DNA of 63,877 bases, filler included, from Pseudogymnoascus verrucosus (taxonomy: Eukaryota): assembly GCA_001662655.1 (NCBI GenBank). It is 7 parts of 7 records of this genome, joined end to end, with 100 filler letters (N's around TTAATTAATTAA, not from the genome) between each part and the next. Parts side by side here need not be neighbours in the genome. Positions count along the whole stretch, not along the records: positions 21,009 to 30,868 come from KV460311.1; positions 30,969 to 40,201 come from KV460312.1; 5 more parts are not named here. One strand, given 5' to 3'. The notes beneath the pieces are model-generated. The model ran no database searches. It was not told the DNA's origin and saw nothing but the letters and a program-made list of their open reading frames with translations. A program made the position numbers and the translations under genes. This document shows positions 24,694 to 38,407 of the stretch, in pieces. How positions within the stretch are numbered: the stretch's first letter is position 1; each line of letters starts with the position of its first letter.

Positions 24694-25158
24694 GGTAATA
24701 GGAAGATATATGATAAATTTGATTGATGCCGAATGAGACAACCTGGCGGAATATCTGCACGATTTCAACCTGGCAAGAAGGGACAATGGAAGAGGAGGGG
24801 ATGGGATCTGTCTTGTACTCGCGTGGAATGTTTGAACATCACGCACCCCACAATCTACCCCCGATCTCTTACAGCTTCCGAAAGCAGTTAGAATCACGCT
24901 TTGTTGTCGTATCATCCATCCTGAACTATGGAGAACTTCAAAGCGGTTTAGCGCGACCCATAAGCTACCCCTCTCTTACCGCTTCTGAAAGCGGTTAGAA
25001 TTCCACCCCGTTTAGATCTTGATATGTAGCGGGATACATTAGAGAAAGGTACATCGACGCTACAACCTATCCTATCCTATCCTTAATGTTCGTTGTTCTT
25101 GTTTTATTTACAGGCTTCTTGCACTAAGCTATAAGCCATCTAAATTCTGCTAGTATTA

Positions 25159-26702
25159 ACGTAGGTCGTGGCCATACCGGGACCATGGCCATACCGGGAT
25201 TGTGGGGTAGCGACCCCATCAAAAGTATAAGGAGCAGCTTTAAGAAAAATCAACTTCAACCAACTCATTAATTACTATATTAATATGGTGCGTAAGCGTA
25301 GCTTAAAGACTCAAGAACGTGATAAACTTATACTTAAAGCTATAGCTAGAGTTAAATCTGGTTTATATAAATCAGCAAATGATGCTGCAAAGGCCTTACA
25401 ACTTAGGCTAGATACAGTCGTCAACTATATTAAAGGGCGACGCACCTTACATAAACACGCACACTTAAAGCATCAATTACTATCTCAAACTTAAGAAAAA
25501 ACACTTTTAAAGTGGATAAAAGAGCTTACAAATAGTAGTTATACTCCTAGCCATTAACGTAAGTCATGGCGTAACCGGCACAATGGCGTAACCGGCATAA
25601 TGTCACTTTACACTGAACTTTGTATAGAAAGGTACTTACTTCTAATGATTTTTTAAATGATCATAACTTTTGCACTTTTGACTGTACAGCTTAGCTATTT
25701 TGTATGGTAATAGTACGCATATTGTTCTATTATGTATAGAAGCTATAAAATATTCACGACCTTATTAAAAAAGTTGATTTTTTTTGGTGAGGGAACAACA
25801 CATGATTATGCCGGTTACGCCATTGTGCCGGTTACGCCATGACTTACGTTAGATATTACAGGAGGTTGCAGATGAAGTCCAGTTAAATAAGTGTTGCGCG
25901 TTTTTCAGCCTCAACAACAACACCTACAACAACAACAACAACAAGAACCTCAAACTTAACAACCTTAAATACCTAAGTTACCTCTTAGGCAAGATTAGGT
26001 TCTACAATTTATTCAAAGGCATCCTAACTTACATGTTAAGTTAGGACGTAGAGTTAAGGCATAGAGGATGAATAGGGTAACAAAAGAGGTGTTAAAGGGG
26101 TAGTTTAACATGTATAAAAGCCTTATAATAGAGCTAAAAATCGAAAACTATAACACTTACAATATAGATGAGACTAGATTTTTAATTAGAACTATATAAT
26201 CTATACGAATTATAGTCGACTCTACACTTTATATGCGTTTTTAGGCTTATCCTAGCTAATAGGAATAAGTGTTTGCTATTAAATGCATCTATATAGACAG
26301 AATAGCTATTAAATCTCTTATTATCTTTAAAGGATAGAATATACTATAAAGCTAGATTCTAAAGGAAGTTATACAAAAATGGCACTTCTCTATAAACACA
26401 AAAGGGTAGACAAGCAATCTTTATAGATTAGAGTAGTTAAAACGTGTTTTTAAGCCCTTTACAAGAGTGAAAGCAACACTTCTAAATAGAAAACTACAAT
26501 AAAGGCTCCCTATTTATAATAGCTATAATAGCTATACAAGTAGAAGCTTTATATTACACTACATTCAAAATTGAATATCGCTCCTTATAATACCTCCTTA
26601 TACATCCTATGTGCTATAACTACTTAATATTTCGATTTTTAGGCCCTTAAAGCAACACCTTACAACTGCCCTCTTATACCTAAATAAGGTGCAACTCCTA
26701 TA
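25159..26702 (+). mobile_element. Heavily RIPed pogo/Fot1-like transposon, TIR core CCATACCGGGA, ATG at 25285, interrupted by nested elements
   Basis: 5' TIR, MVRKRSLKTQERDKLILKA.. N-terminus, and a DDD region with many stops. Confidence 0.88.
25557..25849. mobile_element. Short MITE, 293 bp, TIR core CGTAACCGGCA
   Basis: Matching TIRs, TA TSD. An inverted copy lies at 42076-42385. Confidence 0.9.
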
Positions 26703-26760
26703 ACGTAAGTCGTGGCGTAACGGGACGGATGGCGTAACGGGACGCTTTCCTAGAGCTATA

Positions 26761-28761
26761 ACGTAGGTCATGGCCTAAGTGCTGCCATGGTCTAAGTGAC
26801 AATTTTAGATACCCTACTAAAATCTAGGACTAAACTACCTACCTACTAATTTAGAAAATTGAAAATAAGTTAATAATTACAATGCTAATTCATCTAAATC
26901 GCTGTCATATAGCTCTTCTTCACTCTCTTCATCTATTTCCTCAGTTATAGCCTCGTTTATAGGTTGTGGTGTTGTTCTAGGCCTCTGTGAAGCTGCGGCT
27001 GTTGCTGTTGCTGCCTCTGCTTCTATAACTTGCGACCGGAGTTCTTCTGTAGAAATGTGGAATTGACCCTTCAAAACTGCTCTTTTACCCTTATTCTGTG
27101 TTCTTCGCTTTTGGATAATTGAACGTAAGTTATTACACTCTCTCTTTTAAAGGATATTGCGTGTATTAAGGCGTTCTGACTCATCTGCTAACTTATGAAT
27201 ATATCGCTTTGTAGGAGTATTCAAAACACCCTGACTTATTGTAGAAGAGAGTATAGAATTCGCTTTTTGGAGTGTATTAAAATCAGGTGGACTGCTGTTT
27301 AAGAATACCTTCTCAAAAATGTCATGCTCTGTAGGAGTATGTAGCCGTTCTAATACTACGACGTCTGTAGTAGGAAGCGTAGCTGCTCGAATGACTGTCT
27401 GCGGCTGGAATGGCTGTAGCCCACTCCCTCTCCAAGCAGAAGTTATATTTGAAGTCGAAAATCCAGCTTCTCTTGCTTTAATATATGCCTCCATCCATTC
27501 TAACTTATGTATGCGTAGGAGTTGTGCCTCATTAAGGTGCGAAAGAGCTGTTGTAAGGTGTTGCTTTAAAGGTCCAAAAATTGCAACATCAAGTGGCTGT
27601 AGAACATGAGATGTATGAGGAGGTAGAATAAGGAGCGATATTCGATTCTGTATGCAGTGTGATATAAAGCTTCTACTTATATGGCTATCATGGCCATTGC
27701 AAATTAGGAGCCGTTGCTGTAGTCGTCCATTTTGTGTTGCTTTTGCTCTTGTAGAAGGCTCAAAAACGCGTTTTAGCCACTCTAATCTATGAAGATTACT
27801 TGTCCATCCCTTTGTATTTACAGAGAAGTGCCATTTTTGTATAACCTCCTTTGGAATCCAGCTCTGTAGTATGTTCTGTCCTTTAAAAATAATAAGGGGG
27901 TCGATAGCTGTTCTGTCTATGCAAATGCATTCAACAGCAGACACCCATTCCTGTCGGCTAGGATGAGCTTGAAATCGCGTACGGAGTGTAGAATCGACTA
28001 TAATTCGTGTAGATTGCATAGTTCCAATTGAAAATCCAGTTTCATCCATATTATAAGTGTTGTAGTTTTCGATTTTTAGCTCTGTTATAAGGCTCTTGTA
28101 CGCGTCAAACCACCCCCTTAACACCTGCTTTGTGACCCCATTCATCCTTTGTGCCTCAACTCTACGTCCTAACTTAACACGTAAGTTAGGATGCCTTTGA
28201 ATGAATCGTGGAACCCACTCTTGCCCAAGAGGTAAGTTAGGTATTTGAGGTTGAGGTTGTTGAGGTTGTTGAGGTTGTTGAGGTTGTTGTGTTTGTTGTT
28301 GCTGTTGTTGTAGTTGAGGCTGAAAAACGCGACACTTATTTGACTGGACTTCATCTGCAACCTCTCGTAATATCCGATGGCTAGGAGCGTAGCCGCTTGT
28401 AGTAAGCTCCTTAATCCACTTTAAGAGCGTTTGCTCTTGATTTTTTGACAGGAGCTGTTGTTGTTGTCGCGCCTCACGTCGCGTAGAGCCACCTCTTAGA
28501 CGCTTAAGGACAGTATTAGGGTGTAGGCCTAGAGCAATTGCTGCAGCATTTGCTGATTTAAATTTTCCTAACCTAACTCCTTCAATTGCCTTAGAAACAC
28601 GTAAATCAAGCTCTTGAGCCTTAATATTCTTACGTTTTACCATTTTTAACTATATAGTAGAAGTAGTAACTACTAGTCGGCTGGTTTGATGGGGTCACTA
28701 CTACCACTACCCCGCTAAATTGTCACTTAGACCATGGCAGCACTTAGGCCATGACCTACGT
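26761..28761 (-). mobile_element. Full-length (2001 bp) pogo/Fot1-like transposon, TIR core CCTAAGTG
   Basis: Matching TIRs at both ends, TA TSD, transposase at 28643-26877. Confidence 0.95.
26877..28643 (-). pseudogene. DD35D transposase inactivated by RIP-type changes
   Basis: CAA>TAA stop at 27147-27149. The second catalytic Asp is changed (LLICNGHDSH versus LLICDGHDSH in other copies). Confidence 0.88.
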
Positions 28762-29741
28762 TACCCCACTAAAGTAAGTGTAGTTATTTACTACACCCTA
28801 TTAACCACCTAAAATCAATTATAGTGCGTCAAAAAAGTCAAAAATCAAAGGAATTAGAAGCTTTATTAGCTAAAGCTATCCTAGGCATCTAAAATAAGAA
28901 GTATAAGTCGTTATATAAGGCTGCTAAGGCCTTAGGGTTAAGCTGCAATACTATTAGTAAGCGCGTTAGCTAACAACAGCCTTCAAGGCAAGAAGCGCGT
29001 TAAAAACAGCAACTATTATCTAAAAATCAAGAGCGTACCTTATTAAAATGGATAAAGGAGCTTACAAATAGTGGCTACGCACCTAGCCATCGAATCCTAC
29101 AAGAGGTTGCAGATGAAGTCTAGTTAAATAAGTGTTGTGTTTTTTAGCCTCAACAACAACACATATAACAACACCTACAACAACAACCTTAAACTCAACA
29201 ACTACAACTACAAATACCTCCTAAGCTACCTCTTAGGCAAGATTAGGTTCCGCGATTCATTTAAAGGCATCCTAACTTACATGTTAAGTTAGGACATAGA
29301 GTTGAGGCACAGTGGATAAATAGAGTGACAAAAGAGGTGTTAAAGGGGTGGTTTAACGTATACAAAAGCCTTATAACAGAGCTAAAAATCGAAAACTATA
29401 ACACCTACAATATAGATAAGACTAGATTTTCAATTAGAACTATGCAATCTATACGAATTATAGTCGACTCTACACTCTATACGCAATTTTAGGCTTATCC
29501 TAGCTAATAGGAATAGGTGTCTGCTGTTAAATGCATCTATATAGACAGAACAGCTATTAAACCCCTTATTATCTTCAAAGGACAGAATATACTACAAAGC
29601 TAGATTCTAAAGGAGGTTATACAAAAATGGCACTTCTCTGCAAATACAAAAGGATAGACAAGCAATCTTTATAGATTAGAGTAGTTAAAACGCGTTTTTG
29701 AGCCCTCTACAAGAGCAAAAGCAACACAAAACGGACGACTA

Positions 29742-30212
29742 ACGTAGGTCATGGCCATACCGGGACTATGGCCATACCGGGAATCCGGCAACCACCACCA
29801 AATAGAGGGTCACGTGACTAAAATGAAAACCTTAATAACTTTTTAATTAGTAGATGTATAGCCTAGTCCTCTTATATTAACGATATTTATATAGTTATCT
29901 AATATATATGAAAACGTTAGTAGTACTAGTTATGTTTTATAAGAGATATTAAGGTTTAAACTTTTACTATACAAAATATTTATATAGCAAAACTTAAACT
30001 ATAAATAACTCCTTTCTAAGGCTAGCTTACACTCTAAAACATTTAGCTACAGTATATATGTAGATAAAGAGTAAGAACATAAGATGATTAAGCTTTATAG
30101 GCACTATTGTAAAAGTTATTACAGTTTTCATTTAGGTCACGTGACTCTCTATTTGGTGGTGGTTGCCGGATTCCCGGTATGGCCATAGTCCCGGTATGGC
30201 CATGACCTACGT
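29742..30212. mobile_element. MITE, 471 bp, TIR core CCATACCGGGA
   Basis: Matching TIRs, TA TSD inside transposase coding sequence. Confidence 0.92.
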
Positions 30213-30968
30213 TATAGCAACAGCTCCTAATTTGCGATAGCTACAATAGCCATATAAGTGGAAGCTTTATATCACACTACATTCAAAATCGAATATCGCT
30301 CCTTATAATACCTCCTTATACATCTCATGTTCTACAGCCACTTAATATTTCGATTTTTAGGCCCTTAAAGCAACACCTTACAACTGCTCTCTCACACCTA
30401 AATGAGGCACAACTCCTACGAATACAAAAAGCAGAGTGGCTAGAAGCATATATTACTGTAAGAGAAGCTGCTTTTTCAAATGTAAATATTAATTCTGTAT
30501 GGAGAGGGAGTGGCCTACAGCCATTTCAACCACAAACAGTCATTCGAGCAGCTACACTTCCTACTACAGACGTAGTAGTATTAGAACGGCCACATACTCC
30601 TACAGAGCATAATATTTTTAAGAAGGTATTCTTAAACAGTAGTCCACCTGATTTTAATACCCTTCAAAAAGCGAATTCTGTGCTCTCTACAGCCTTAAAT
30701 CAAGGTGTTTTAAATACTCCTACAAAGCGATATATCAACAAGTTAGCAGATGAGTCAGAACGCCTTAATACACGCAATACCCTTCAAAAAAGAGAGAGTG
30801 ATAACTTACGCTCAATTATTCAGAAGCGTAGAGTACAGAATAAGGGTAAAAGAGCAGTTTTAAAGGGTNNNNNNNNNNNNNNNNNNNNNNNNNNNNNNNN
30901 NNNNNNNNNNNNTTAATTAATTAANNNNNNNNNNNNNNNNNNNNNNNNNNNNNNNNNNNNNNNNNNNN

Positions 30969-31164
30969 AGCATACGCTGATTTAAATTTTCCAGTCTGTA
31001 CTCCTAGAACTGCTTTAGACAGTTGTAAATTGCGTTCTTGAGCTCTCCTACTCTTACGCTTCACCATTGTAAGGTGGTAGTAGGTTGGTGTTAATGGGTT
31101 TGATGGGGTGGCCAACCCCACTATGTCGGTAAGGCCATACGGTCGGTAAGGCCATGACTTACGT
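30969..31164 (-). mobile_element. 5' end of a pogo/Fot1-like transposon, TIR core CCTTACCGAC, ATG at 31067
   Basis: TIR plus MVKRKSRRAQERNLQLSKAVLGVQTGKFKSAYA, then a gap. Confidence 0.85.
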
Positions 31165-32243
31165 TAGAGGATGCCCGAATATTTACTATTTTGTATCTCA
31201 ATATTCACAGGTCCTGTGATGTTGCGTCATCGCAATGAATCATATTGTAAGCAGCACCTTGGCTGATAAATCCATTAGGTCTCCTGCTGCCGACATGTCA
31301 TTCGTCTCATAGTCGCAGTTGATTCGGCTCACAGTGGGGTCCTGCCAAATCGATCGCCCGGGAGGTGCCGGAGAGTTGCAGCCCACATAACGGGATATCC
31401 GCATGCCAATCAATTTGACCGCCTTTGGAGGTCCCTCATTGCCAACTACTGAGGTTCATTAATGGCTTTTGCTCAATTTTCACTGATATATGATCCGGTG
31501 TATCTACCTGCATCGCCGCAAAATGTAACTGAGTTACACATTCGATACCGCTTAGTAAAGCCGATCAGCCATTGGCAGAATCAGCGAATGAATTCACGTG
31601 CCGTGAACGACCCCGCCATCTTGTCATCCCGCACATGGCTCTATTGCTGTCAGATTATACTGTAGTCGGGATCAGATTATAATCGTTAATCGCGCCTGTT
31701 TGTCTCAAGATACGCGAGATCTACATCCGCTGCCATGTGTTCCCAAGAACTGAAAATCGTTGACAAATGAAGCCTTACTAGAGACCTCATTGATGACATT
31801 CCTCACTATATAATACTTCCACATGTGGAGGAAGGAGGTCACCTTCCGAGATGCAAAGAGGACGTGTTATGAATAATCCATGACACTAGTCTACAGTTGC
31901 TCGTGGCCGGCACAGCCGAATACCACGAGATGTGGATCAAATCCCCAGGCAGTTAATTATATTTGACTCAGCAAGCTTACAGCGACTGATTGGTGAAGTA
32001 GCCGCTCTCAACTAAATTAGGCTAAGTGCGTATGGCAATCATACAGGTACGGCTGAACCCAACCTCATCATCATCGTACAACGCGCACTCAGCAAAAGCA
32101 GTATGAGCAGTGCAGGCAGCACTACTGTACACTCCCAGCGTCTAGTTCTCAAGGTAGGTCACAGCCTCCTCCAACTGGAGGCTCAGCCAGAAGACTGAAG
32201 ATATTTAGTACACGATCCATTTATCAGGCTCCTTGCAACAGTA

Positions 32244-35200
32244 ATGGCGGCGATCGGGCTTACTGCAAGCATTATCGCAGTTATTGACTTATCTGCAAAG
32301 GTTGCTTCACAGTGCTCTGAGTACTACGCCAAGGTCAAGAATGCTAGAGACGACATTGAACGCCTTCAGGAGGAGATTAGACAATTAAAAGAAATCCTCG
32401 GGCAAGCTCAGTCGCTATGTGATGGTGCAAATGGTGCAAAACTCCAGTCATCCCAAAATTTACGCGATGGGGTGAAGGAGTCCAAGAAGCAGCTCGCCCA
32501 GCTAGAGACAAAGTTGAAGCCTCGAAAATATGAATTGATGAGTCGGTTCGGGAGGCACGCCTTAGCGTGGCCCTTTAAGAGTCATGAGGTGGAGGACACT
32601 ATGAAGAAACTAGGGAAATGCAAGGATAGCGTATCTTTCAGTCTCCAATTCGACCAAATGTACGTAATATTATGTATATTCAAACGGAGCGGAGTTGACA
32701 TTAGTGCCTATAGAGTACAAGTTCTTAGCATCCATCAAGAAATTGTTCTTGACAGACTACAGTCTGCCGACGACGCCGCGTTCGACTCCCACGCCGAAGA
32801 GCATAATGCTAGATGCTATAAAGGCACTCGAGTTCAACTTATTCAACAGATAAATACGTGGGCAAGTGACCCTAGCAGTGAATCTATATACTGGCTGAGT
32901 GGTATGGCTGGCACTGGCAAGTCGACAATCTCCCGCACTATGGCCCAGAATTTTGCTAAAGATGGAGAGCTCGGCGCTAGCTTCTTCTTTAAGAGAGGTG
33001 AAGGCAGCCGTAATCATGCAGGATTGTTCTTTTCGACAATTGCTGCACAGCTTGTCCAGAAACTACCTTCGTTAGCTCCACATATCCGACATGCAATTGA
33101 AGCTGACCCAGCTATCTCTAACAAGGCTCTAAAGCAACAGTTTGAGACGCTAGTCATACAACCCTTTAGCAAGATACGTCTTGATCCTCAGAAATCGTTA
33201 AGCATAGTGATAGTTGTTGATGCCCTTGACGAGTGCAACCGAGAAGAGGACCTTTGCGTTATAATTCATCTCCTCCAACAAGTGCAGCAGATAACATCGG
33301 TACGCCTTAAGTTCTTTTTGACAAGCAGGCCAGAGCTACCAATTCGCCTCGGCTTTGAGGACATAAGTGGCAGATATAAGTGTTTGGTTCTGCATGAGGT
33401 CCCCAACCCTATTATCGAGCATGACATCTCTGCCTTCCTTGAATATGAGCTAGCAAGAATTCGGGATGAGTACAACAAATCAGTTATTCTAGACCGCCAA
33501 CTGCCTACAGATTGGCCAGGACAAGCAAATGTCCAAAGTCTAGTCCAAATGGCTATCCCATTGTTCATTTTTGCTGCAACAATCTGCTTGTTTGTTAAGG
33601 ATCGTAGATGCGGCGAGCCTGGGGAACAACTTACGAAAGTTTTGAAATATAAGACTAAAAGCCAGGAATCTGCGCTTGACGCAACGTATCTCCCAGTCCT
33701 TGACCAGTTGCTTGTTGGGCTTACTAACTCACAAAAAGACGAACTAGTTAAAAATTTTGAGGAAGTCGTTGGCTCGATCGTGATTCTCGCCAGCCCTCTA
33801 TCTACTGTTTCTCTTGCTCGACTACTTGATATCTCCAATGCAAGAGTCAATCACATTTTAGACCTCCTCCACTCAGTTTTGAGTATCCCTTCTAATCCAG
33901 ATATACCAGTACGACTACTCCACCTTTCATTCCGTGACTTCCTCCTCGACAGTGAGAAGCGCGAGGAGCATCCATTCTGGATTAATGAACAGAAGTGCCA
34001 CCAGAGATTGGCGACACAATGCCTTCAAACTTTATCGAAGGGACTAAAAAATGATATTTGCAATCTTCAAGTGCCAGAGAGGCTACAGGCAGATGTTGAT
34101 AGGCAAACGATAAATGCAAAAATTCCACTAGATATCCAATATGCTTGTCAGTATTGGGTGTACCACCTAAAGGAAGGTAGAAACATCATATCCGACGACG
34201 ACCAAGTCTACAAATTTCTCCAACGCCACTTCCTCCATTGGCTTGAAGCATTGAGCTTTATTCAGAGGTTACCAGAAGCCATTGGCATGATTAATGACCT
34301 AATAGCTATATTAAGGGTATGTTACTTACTAATATCAAGTACGACGTTTTACTAAATAAATATCATTTAGCCAACAGAAAGCATTGAACTGTCTGCACTT
34401 CTTTATGACGCAAGGCGGTTTATTCTTAGTCACCTCTCAATAGCTGAGCTGTCACCCCTCCAGCTCTATTCTGCTGCACTTATCTTCTCCCCAAAGGACA
34501 GTGTTATTCGAAATATGTTCCAAGGTTATATACCAAATTGGATATCACAGCAGCCAGTAGTAGAACCAGGTTGGAATGCCACGCTTCAGACGCACGAAGG
34601 CCATGGCAGCAATGTCAACTCAGTGGCCTTTTCGCACGACTCGAAGCTACTAGCGTCAGCGTCGGGCCAGACGTCGGCGTTAGAGTCTAGGCTCTTAAGC
34701 GACAACACTGTCAAGATCTGGAATGCGACCACTGGCACACTGCAGCAGACGCTCGAGGGCCATAGCAACTCAGTCCGCTCAGTGGCCTTCTCGCACAACT
34801 CGAAGCTGCTAGCATCAGCGTCGTACGACAAGACTGTTAGAATCTGGGACACAGCTACTGGCACGCTACAGCAGACACTAAAGGGCCATAGTAGCGGAGT
34901 TACTACAGTGGTCTTCTCGCACAACTCAAGGCTGCTAGCATCAGCGTCATTTGACAAGATTGTTAGAATATGGGATGCAGCTACTAGCATGCTACACCAG
35001 ACACTCGAGGGCCATAGCAGCGTGGTTACCTCAGTGGTCTTCTCGCACGACTCGAAGCTGCTAGCATCAGCGTCAGGTGACAATACTATTAGGATCTGGG
35101 ACGCAGCCACTGGAACGCTGCACCAGGCGCTCAAGGGCCATAGCGCCTCGGTCAACTCAGTGGCCTTCACGCACGACTCGAAGCTGCTAGCATCGGCGTC

Positions 35201-36377
35201 AGGTGACAAGACTGTTAGGATCTGGGACGCAGCTATTGGCACGTTGCAGCAGACACTTAAGGGCCATAGCAACTCAGTCCGCTCAGTAGCCTTCTCGCAC
35301 GACTCGAAGCTGCTAGCATCAGCATCATGCGACAACACTGTTATAATCTGGGATGTAGCTATAGGCACATTACAGAAGACGCTTAAGGGCCATAGCCATG
35401 TCGTCACCTCAGTAGTCTTCTCGCACAACTCGAAGCTATTAGCGTCAGCATCATGCGACCAGACCATTAGAATCTGGGACATAGCTACTAGCACGCTGCA
35501 GCTCGAGGGCCATAGCTGCGTGGTTCACTTACTGATCTTCTCAAACGACTCGGAACTGCTAGCATCAGTGTCAGGCGACAAGACTATCAGGATCTGGGAT
35601 GCGACTATTGGCACACTGCACCAGACACTCAGGGGCCATAGCGGTTGGGTTAACTCAGTGGCCTTCTCGCATGACTCGAAGCTGCTAGCGTCAGCATCCG
35701 ACGACACTGTTAGGATCTGGGACTGGATCACAGGCACGCTGCAGCAGACTCTCAAAGGCCATAGCGGTTGGGTTAACTCAGTGGCCTTTTCACACGACTC
35801 AAATCTACTAGCGCTAGCCTCGGGCGATGCGCCGGACAACGAGGCTGTTAAGCTTTGGAGCAACAACATTGTTAAGATCTGGAACACGGCCACAGGCACG
35901 CTGCAGGAGATGCTTGACGGCCATATTGATTATGTCTTCTCAGTAGTCTTCTCCCACGACTCAAAGCTGCTGGCATCGGCATCATCTGACAAGACCATAA
36001 GAATCTGGGACGCAACCACCGGCATGCTGCAGCAAACTATCGCAGTTAGCGGATACATCTCTAGTTTATTATTTGATATTGCAGACTCTAGCCTTATTAC
36101 CAACATCGGCCGTATCAAATTAGGTAAACCAAAACTCGTTTCTGTGTCCGAATCTTCCCAAGAGGGCGGCAGGAAAAGCAATCGCAAAGGATTAGCTATT
36201 AGCGGGTCTTGGATTACGTGGAACGCACAAAACTTACTCTGGTTACCACCTGACTACCGGCCTATACATTCCGGTGCTTCATTACTGAGGGAGTCAAGAC
36301 TCGCTATCGGCTGCAAATCTGGGAAGGTTGTTACTATCGGGTTCTCATTAGCTATCTTAAACAGCTCTTACTCTTAA
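32244..36377 (+). CDS. Fungal NLR: HeLo-like N-terminus, NACHT and ~11 highly similar WD40 repeats (HET-E/NWD-like); introns 32660-32713 (probable) and 34317-34370
   Basis: P-loop GMAGTGKST, Walker B IVVDALDEC, FFLTSRPE, LHLSFRDFL, FLHWLEAL, DARRF..PLQLY and 42-aa GH..WD repeats. Confidence 0.93.
34585..36040 (+). repeat. Coding tandem array of ~126-bp WD40 units
   Basis: Eleven GGCCAT..TTCTC(G)CACGACTCGAAGCTGCTAGC..ATCTGGGA units. Confidence 0.92.
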
Positions 36378-38407
36378 TGAAGTTTATTTATTACAATAAA
36401 TTTAAATTTTACTTTGATGAACATAATCGCTTTTATTTTATTCTACTAAGCTGGATGAGAGGACGTATGGCGAAGGCTATGCCTATATACTTTGCTGCAC
36501 TGAGGCGCAGCATATAAAACAAACCCCCCCACTGTCGAACTGGAACGAAGAGCGGAGTTGCGATATGTCCCAAATATAAGTGAAAGGATAAGCCTTGTAA
36601 GACTCTGTATCACCATTAGCTTACTGAAAAAGCGAATGCCATCTTCATGATCTAATTTTAACTTTACTTGTCTGCGAAATCTGCACCCTTGCGCCGATGT
36701 TGGGCGATCAGCCCATCCTTAGCTGCTTTATTACGTGTAATAGATTAAGGTCAAATTTACAACTGGATATAATAGTACTAATTCTTGCGGAAATGCAGGT
36801 TAAATTAAAATCACCTGAGTTTTTTTTGGCGTGAAACAGATTTCGCTTCATGGTGCAGTTCTCGCATGACTTTGGAGCGGTTGCAAGACACATTTAGGGG
36901 TGGGCGTGGTTGATTGAGTACATACTCTGCGTCTAATCATATTTGGCTAGATTTGCCTGATGGCCCTAGTCAAGAGTTAGGTGGATGTTTTTGGAGCTGT
37001 ATACTAAGGGGAAGCCGGTTTGCAAGCGACTGTATTCCCCTTCAGTTCCGCTCTTTTTTTTAAGTCGGCCTTTAGATGCCCCACCGGATATTCCACTGTC
37101 TAACTCATAATTAACACAATCCTATTAACATCTTAGACAGACTCACAATTTCTTCCATTAACGGTGGAAATCAGGGCCTGCTAACAGATCTATATCACCC
37201 ATCCTAGTAGATAATTAAAGCCACATCTGCGCTATATAGCTTCCTATACTCATATGTCTTGTTAATCCATGAGCTTTTCCTTCTAGATGCATTTTAGGTT
37301 TGTCGCTTCTGTATTTCACCTATTAATTAATAGAGTATTTCAACAGCTGATGCTTTGATGATGTGTCTTATAATTATAAGAATTGTAGGATAGATTTTAA
37401 TATAGTTGAACTGTTGCTGGCACTTAGTGGCTGCAGTAGTCTGCCTTTAGAAGGCTATATTAGTATTAGAATAGTCTGGTATGTAGGGAATCAATTTTCG
37501 GCGGCCGTGGCATACATTAGGGAGGGGCCTAGCTAGTAAGCATCAAATTGCACATACGACATTACCGTTGCTTGCAAAACCAGCTTATCCAGTAGTTATG
37601 CTTATTCACCATTAATGAACTGTGAACAGACGGAGAGCGCAGAATTCCGGCCGGTTCTCAACATCTGTAGTATCAAAGTCGCCGCCCCAAGCCCTTATCC
37701 TCTACATTAGTATCAATATTTGTCGGAATAGTATCGGAGTCGGTGCTATCATCGTTATCCTCGGAGTCTGACACATCGCTGCTAGACAAGCTTCGTGAGA
37801 GCTAGCGACGCCGCATATCAAATTATTCAGGGGAGACGACGGCAACGACGGTCTTGGTGTTAAAGAGAAAGTAGGAGACGTTGGAAGGGGGACGACGCCA
37901 ATGACGGTCTTGGTGTTAGAAGAGAAGTAGGAGATCTTAGAAGAAGCCTGCTCTAAAGGAACTGTATCGTGGAAGAGGAATGGGACAGGAGCGAGCGAGG
38001 AGGGTAATGAGTATGGTAGGAAGGAAAGGTAGGGTAGACATAAGGAAAGCCATCTTTAACTTAGTCACAAGGGGCTGGAGGGCACCTATATTCTGAGGGC
38101 TAAAACGGCTGCTTAAAGCTCGCTCTGGTTTTGGTGTTCCTGCGTTAGCCAGCTACGTCTGGCTAGGTCTTGCCGTTTTGCTATTAGGTAGGTACCCGAG
38201 CGTTAAAGCAGTGTGAGATTTTGACAACTTGGCTGCACAAAGCAGCGCCTAAACCAGCCGGAAACAGCAACTAGTTTGCCGCTAGGTAGTTATAATGAGC
38301 TTAATTAAGTAAATAAATAAAAACTATAGTGCTATAAAAACTAAAGACTTATCTATTTCCAAAGGTCTAAATTACATGTTTACATAAAGGTAGTATTCTT
38401 TTCTATA

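Larger units (their letters stand above)
26703..30868 (+). mobile_element. RIPed pogo/Fot1-like transposon, TIR core CGTAACGGGACG, carrying nested elements 26761-28761 and 29742-30212; 3' end in a gap
   Basis: TIR at 26703. The body resumes at 28762 with VRQKSQKSKELEALLAKAILGI..SLYKAAKALGLSCNTISKRV. Confidence 0.85.

Noticed and set aside
27319..27609. Recurrent antisense ORF MTVCGWNGCSPLPLQAE (also 21177, 59962 and 63497)
   Set aside because: Its conservation is explained by the overlapping transposase sequence; there is no independent evidence of coding.
34586..35899. Long minus-strand repetitive ORFs (302 and 124 aa)
   Set aside because: Antisense shadows of the WD40 array.
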